Source of the DNA: Gammaproteobacteria bacterium
GTDB taxonomy: Bacteria; Pseudomonadota; Gammaproteobacteria; Steroidobacterales; Rariloculaceae
Direction of reading: 5' to 3'
Assembly: GCA_036563665.1 (NCBI GenBank)
Contig: DATCLY010000069.1
Location: 38,146 to 102,145, forward strand
DNA: 64,000 bases
The translations under genes and the position numbers were made by a program. Positions 60,343 to 64,000 of the stretch are shown one piece after another (positions within the stretch are counted from its first letter, which is position 1; each line of letters begins with the position of its first letter). Below the pieces are notes generated by a model. The model worked only from the letters and a program-made list of their open reading frames with translations. It was not told where the DNA came from and made no database searches.

Positions 60343-62136
60343 CTAGTAGGTCCGCGCCTTCGGTGGAATCGGGTCGACGTCGCTCGTGAGCGTCTTGAGC
60401 TGCACGGGCCGGTAGTCGAACTTCACCTGGCCGCGGTTGTCCACCCACACCAGGGTGTGCTTGAGCCAGTTGATGTCGGCGCGCTCCGGGTAGTCCTCGC
60501 GCGCCTGCGCGCCGCGGCTCTCGGTGCGGTTCAGGGCGGACTTGATCGTGCCCATGGCCTGCAGCAGCAGGTTCTCGAGCTCCAGCGTCTCGATGAGATC
60601 GGTGTTCCAGATGAGCGAGCGGTCGCTCACGCCCACGTCCTCGAACGACGCGAACACCTGCTCGAGCTTGTCGATGCCTTCCTGGAACGACTCGCCGGTG
60701 CGGAACACGGCGGCGTGATTCTGCATCACCCGCTGCATGTTCAGGCGGATCTTCGCGGTGGGCAGCTTGCCCTTCGCGTTGCGCAGCTTGTCGAGCCGCG
60801 CCACCGCCTCATCGCCCGCGCCCCTTGGGAGCGCCGCCCCGCGGGTGCCCGCGCCGGGCTCGATGAGCTCGCCGCAGCGCTCGGCCGCGGCCCGGCCGAA
60901 CACCACGAGGTCGATGAGCGAGTTGGAGCCCAAGCGGTTTGCGCCGTGCACCGACACGCACGCGGCCTCGCCGACGGCCATGAGGCCCGGCACCACGTAT
61001 TCCTCGCCGCGGTCGTTCTTCGCGAGCACCTCGCCCCGGTAGTTCGTGGGGATGCCGCCCATGTTGTAGTGCACGGTGGGCAGCACCGGGATTGGCGCCT
61101 TGGTGACGTCCACGCCGGCGAAGATCTTGGCCGTCTCGGCGATGCCCGGCAGGCGCTCCTCGATGACGTCGCGGCCGAGGTGCTCGAGGTGCAGCAGCAC
61201 GTGGTCCTTGTGCGGACCCACGCCCCTGCCCTCGCGGATCTCGATGGTGATCGCGCGGCTCACCACGTCGCGCGAGGCGAGGTCCTTCGCGTTGGGCGCA
61301 TAGCGCTCCATGAACCGCTCGCCTTCGGAGTTGGTGAGGTAGCCGCCCTCGCCGCGCACGCCTTCCGTGATCAGCATGCCGGCGCCATACACGCCGGTGG
61401 GGTGGAACTGCACGAACTCGAGATCCTGCAGGGGCAGCCCGGCGCGCAGCACCATCGCGTTGCCGTCGCCCGTGCAGATGTGGGCGGAGGTGCACGAGAA
61501 GTAGCACCGGCCGTAGCCGCCCGTGGCGAGGATGACCATCTCCGAGCGGAAGCGGTGCAGGCGGCCCGTGGCGAGGTCGATGGCGACCACACCCTTGCAG
61601 GCGCCGTCCACCATGACGAGATCGATGGCGAAGTACTCGACGAAGAACTCGGCCTGGTGCTTGAGCGACTGCTGGTAGAGCGTGTGCAGCATCGCGTGCC
61701 CGGTGCGGTCCGCCGCGGCGCAGGTGCGCTGCGCGGTGCCTTCGCCGAAGTGCGTGGTCATGCCGCCGAACGGCCGCTGGTAGATGCGGCCGTCCTCGGT
61801 GCGCGAGAAGGGCACGCCGTAGTGCTCGAGCTCGATGACGGCCGTCGGCGCCATCTTGCACATGTACTCGATGGCGTCCTGGTCGCCGAGCCAGTCCGAC
61901 CCCTTCACGGTGTCGTACATGTGCCAGCGCCAGTCGTCCTCGCCCATGTTGCCGAGCGCGGCGCTGATGCCGCCCTGCGCCGCCACCGTGTGGCTGCGCG
62001 TGGGGAACACTTTCGTGATGCAGGCCGTGGACAGTCCCTGCTCGGCGAGGCCGAGTGTGGCCCGCAGGCCCGCGCCGCCGGCGCCCACCACCACCACGTC
62101 GTAGCGGTGGTCGATGAACTCGTACTCCTTGGTCAT
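60343..62136 (-). CDS. sdhA: succinate dehydrogenase flavoprotein subunit
   Basis: [30 protein letters not shown]...[11 protein letters not shown]. 597 aa. Start moved to ATG 62136 (ATGA overlap with the sdhD stop). The track ORF extension to 62847 is out-of-gene junk. Confidence 0.97.
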   Translation of the reverse strand: MTKEYEFIDHRYDVVVVGAGGAGLRATLGLAEQGLSTACITKVFPTRSHTVAAQGGISAALGNMGEDDWRWHMYDTVKGSDWLGDQDAIEYMCKMAPTAVIELEHYGVPFSRTEDGRIYQRPFGGMTTHFGEGTAQRTCAAADRTGHAMLHTLYQQSLKHQAEFFVEYFAIDLVMVDGACKGVVAIDLATGRLHRFRSEMVILATGGYGRCYFSCTSAHICTGDGNAMVLRAGLPLQDLEFVQFHPTGVYGAGMLITEGVRGEGGYLTNSEGERFMERYAPNAKDLASRDVVSRAITIEIREGRGVGPHKDHVLLHLEHLGRDVIEERLPGIAETAKIFAGVDVTKAPIPVLPTVHYNMGGIPTNYRGEVLAKNDRGEEYVVPGLMAVGEAACVSVHGANRLGSNSLIDLVVFGRAAAERCGELIEPGAGTRGAALPRGAGDEAVARLDKLRNAKGKLPTAKIRLNMQRVMQNHAAVFRTGESFQEGIDKLEQVFASFEDVGVSDRSLIWNTDLIETLELENLLLQAMGTIKSALNRTESRGAQAREDYPERADINWLKHTLVWVDNRGQVKFDYRPVQLKTLTSDVDPIPPKARTY

Positions 62137-62519
62137 GGCAACGGTCCGAACGTGATGCGCAGCACGCTGTAGATCCCGGCCACGGCGAGCGCCGCGTGGC
62201 CGAGCGCGGAGAGGATCAGGCCGCCGACCTTGAGCGGCTTCGCGTGCAGATAGTCCTCGATCACGACCTGCAGGCCGAGATAGGAGTGGTAGGTCAAGGC
62301 GAGCGCGGTCAGGAGCAACAGGATGCCCGTCACGGGCCGGCGCGCCCAGGCGACCACGGTCTCGTACGTGAAGTCGTCGAGCGTCGCGAAGCTCACGAGC
62401 AGCCACAGGCCGAGCGGGACGAGCGCGACCGCCGTGACCCGCTGCGCCCACCAGTGTTCGACGGCGCCGTGCGCCGCCCCGAGTCCCAGCACCCGGTTCA
62501 ACGGTGTGACGAGGTTCAA
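62133..62519 (-). CDS. sdhD: succinate dehydrogenase membrane anchor subunit
   Basis: 128 aa, three TM helices. ...[15 protein letters not shown]... and [13 protein letters not shown] (heme-ligand His region). Confidence 0.9.
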   Translation of the reverse strand: MNLVTPLNRVLGLGAAHGAVEHWWAQRVTAVALVPLGLWLLVSFATLDDFTYETVVAWARRPVTGILLLLTALALTYHSYLGLQVVIEDYLHAKPLKVGGLILSALGHAALAVAGIYSVLRITFGPLP

Positions 62520-62528
62520 TGGACGCTC

Positions 62529-62909
62529 CTAGAAGATGACGGCAAATGCGTAGACGAGGGCGGCCGCCACGGCGACGATGATCACCGTCCAGCCGCTGGT
62601 CCTGATCTGGCCTCGCTCGAAGCCGTGGCCCGTGTCCCAGACGAGATGCCGGATGCCATTGGCGAGGTGGTAGAAGAACGCCAGCGTCCACAGGAGCAGC
62701 AGCGGCTTGAACCAGGCCGCGCCGTAGACGGCCTGCGCGCTGCGATAGGACTCCGCGCCGCTCGCGAGCGCGATCAGCCAGCCGCAGAACACGAATGCGC
62801 CGAGCGTCAACAGCAGCCCCGAGATGCGGTGCATGCTCGAGAGCCACATCGTGATCCGCCAGCGGTAAATCTGCAGGTGCGGCGACAACGGCCGCGCTTG
62901 CGCGTTCAT
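62529..62909 (-). CDS. sdhC: succinate dehydrogenase cytochrome b556 subunit
   Basis: [31 protein letters not shown] is the canonical SdhC N-terminus. Confidence 0.93.
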   Translation of the reverse strand: MNAQARPLSPHLQIYRWRITMWLSSMHRISGLLLTLGAFVFCGWLIALASGAESYRSAQAVYGAAWFKPLLLLWTLAFFYHLANGIRHLVWDTGHGFERGQIRTSGWTVIIVAVAAALVYAFAVIF

Positions 62910-62950
62910 CGTCCGATCAGTCTCCCGGGTAGTGAATCGCGACCGCAGAA

Positions 62951-62972
62951 CCGCTCCCGAAACCGGGAGCGG
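62951..62972. other. perfect 9-bp hairpin in the 90-nt gap between the DUF1674 ORF and sdhC
   Basis: CCGCTCCCG-AAAC-CGGGAGCGG. No U-tract. May be an mRNA processing/stability or attenuation element. Confidence 0.4.
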
Positions 62973-62999
62973 CGTCCCGCCGCGATCCTAGGTTTCGGC

Positions 63000-63170
63000 T
63001 CAAAAGTCGATGCAACGGCCGGCCCGTTCCCAGTCGCCGTAGCGCGTTGGCTCCGGCCCCTTGGGACCGTTGATTTCACGCGGTTTTTCGTTGGCTTCGC
63101 GCACCGGCTCTGCGGCCGGTTCGAGCGGTTCGCGCTCTTCCTGCGGCGCTTGTACGGCCTTCGTAGGCAT
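63000..63170 (-). CDS. DUF1674 / SDHAF4 (Sdh8)-like small protein
   Basis: Hand-translated 56-aa ORF, below the ORF-track size cut-off: MPTKAVQAPQEEREPLEPAAEPVREANEKPREINGPKGPEPTRYGDWERAGRCIDF*. The C-terminal GPKGPEPTRYGDWER-GRCIDF is the hallmark of the family. Same strand as sdhC and immediately upstream of it. Weak SD. Confidence 0.8.
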   Translation of the reverse strand: MPTKAVQAPQEEREPLEPAAEPVREANEKPREINGPKGPEPTRYGDWERAGRCIDF

Positions 63171-63208
63171 CGGCTAAAGTTTGCCAGAATCCTGCGCGAG
63201 GCGCATCC

Positions 63209-64000
63209 ATGAGTGTAACGTTCTGTCCGCTGCCCCACGTCGGCTGCATCGAAGCCGAAGGCGCGGACGCGGAGGCGTTCCTGCACGGCCAGCTCAGCCT
63301 CGATGTGAAGCGCCTCGAGCCCGAGCGGGCGCCGCTCGCGGGCTGGCACGACGCGCGGGGCCGGCTGCGCGCCCTGTTCCGCGTGCTGCGGCTGCCGGAC
63401 CGCTTCCTGCTGCTCGCCCCGCGGGCCGGGCTCGAGGACACGGCGACCGCCCTGCGGCGGTTCGTGCTGCGTGCCCGCGTGGCGCTCCGCACCGACGGCC
63501 CGTGGCGGAGCGCCGCGCTCGTCGGCGACGCGGACGACTGGCTCGCCGGCCGCGCCGTGCGCGCCGAGGGGGCCGACGCGTTGCGGCGCGACGGGGCGCT
63601 CCTGTGGCTGCGCCACGGCGAGTCGCTGTGGCAGGCCGTGGGCGACGAAGGGGCCCTGGCCGAGGTCGGCGGCGCGCTGCCCCGGGGCTCGAGCGCGCTC
63701 GGGGCGCTCGCCGAGATCCGCCTCGGCATCCCGGAGCTGCCCCCGGCGCTCGCGGAGCGCTACCTGCCGCAGATGCTGCACCTCGACCGGCTCGGCGCCG
63801 TGTCGTTCGACAAGGGCTGCTATCCGGGGCAGGAGGTGATCACCCGCATCCGCTACCGCGGCGCCGTGAAGCGCCACCTGCGCCGCTACCGCGCGGCAGG
63901 CGCGCCGCCGGCGCCCGGCACCCCGGTCGTCGACGAGGGCGGCGGCGAGCGCGGCGAAGTGCTGCGCGCGGCCCCCGCCGACGATGGCAGCGAGCTCCTC
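63209..64000 (+). CDS. ygfZ: tRNA-modifying folate-binding protein YgfZ (partial, runs off window end)
   Basis: Hand-translated from ATG 63209: MSVTFCPLPHVGCIEAEGADAEAFLHGQLSLDV...AEIRLGIPEL...VSFDKGCYPGQEVITRI (KGCYxGQE signature). No stop before 64000. Confidence 0.88.
   Translation, partial: MSVTFCPLPHVGCIEAEGADAEAFLHGQLSLDVKRLEPERAPLAGWHDARGRLRALFRVLRLPDRFLLLAPRAGLEDTATALRRFVLRARVALRTDGPWRSAALVGDADDWLAGRAVRAEGADALRRDGALLWLRHGESLWQAVGDEGALAEVGGALPRGSSALGALAEIRLGIPELPPALAERYLPQMLHLDRLGAVSFDKGCYPGQEVITRIRYRGAVKRHLRRYRAAGAPPAPGTPVVDEGGGERGEVLRAAPADDGSELL

Noticed and set aside
62137-62847. 237-aa N-terminal extension of the sdhA track ORF
   Set aside because: Runs through sdhD and sdhC in a different frame. 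The canonical SdhA N-terminus MTKEYEF... starts at 62136 with an ATGA overlap.

Overview
This is a GC-rich window (roughly two-thirds G+C or more by eye, not computed), densely packed with about 65 protein genes. It looks like core chromosome of a gammaproteobacterium. The gene order is classic Pseudomonas/E. coli-type housekeeping synteny. In order: ftsK | aat-infA | clpS-clpA | a partial type II secretion cluster gspC-D-E-F | the SOS mutagenesis cassette lexA-imuA-imuB-dnaE2 | an Lpp/OprI-like lipoprotein plus a LysM L,D-transpeptidase | yceD-rpmF-plsX-fabH | maf / rluC / rne | ptp-kdsB-lpxK-msbA-exbDB-comEC-lolD-lolE-lolC | mfd-csiV-like | a PAS/GGDEF-like protein | MTAP-hpt-nagZ-ldt-rlmD-exonuclease-acpS-recO-era-rnc-DUF4845-lepB-lepA | grx-like-rseC-rseB-rseA-rpoE | ygfX-sdhE-sdhBADC-(small DUF1674 ORF) | ygfZ. 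Many junctions are 4-nt ATGA/GTGA start-stop overlaps, which I used to refine starts. I found no rRNA, tRNA, CRISPR, transposase, integrase, prophage or defence-island genes, and no convincing novel multi-gene system. The features most worth a second look are: (1) a 29-nt hairpin REP family at six loci, two of which carry a roughly 100-nt nested palindromic core with compensatory arm changes; (2) REP copies wedged into the imuB-dnaE2 junction, where they supply the only canonical in-frame start codons; (3) a 56-aa SDHAF4/DUF1674-type ORF upstream of sdhC that falls below the ORF-track size cut-off; (4) a protein whose LOV-like PAS domain and GGDEF domain both look catalytically degenerate. All family assignments come from motif recognition by eye. 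No searches were run.
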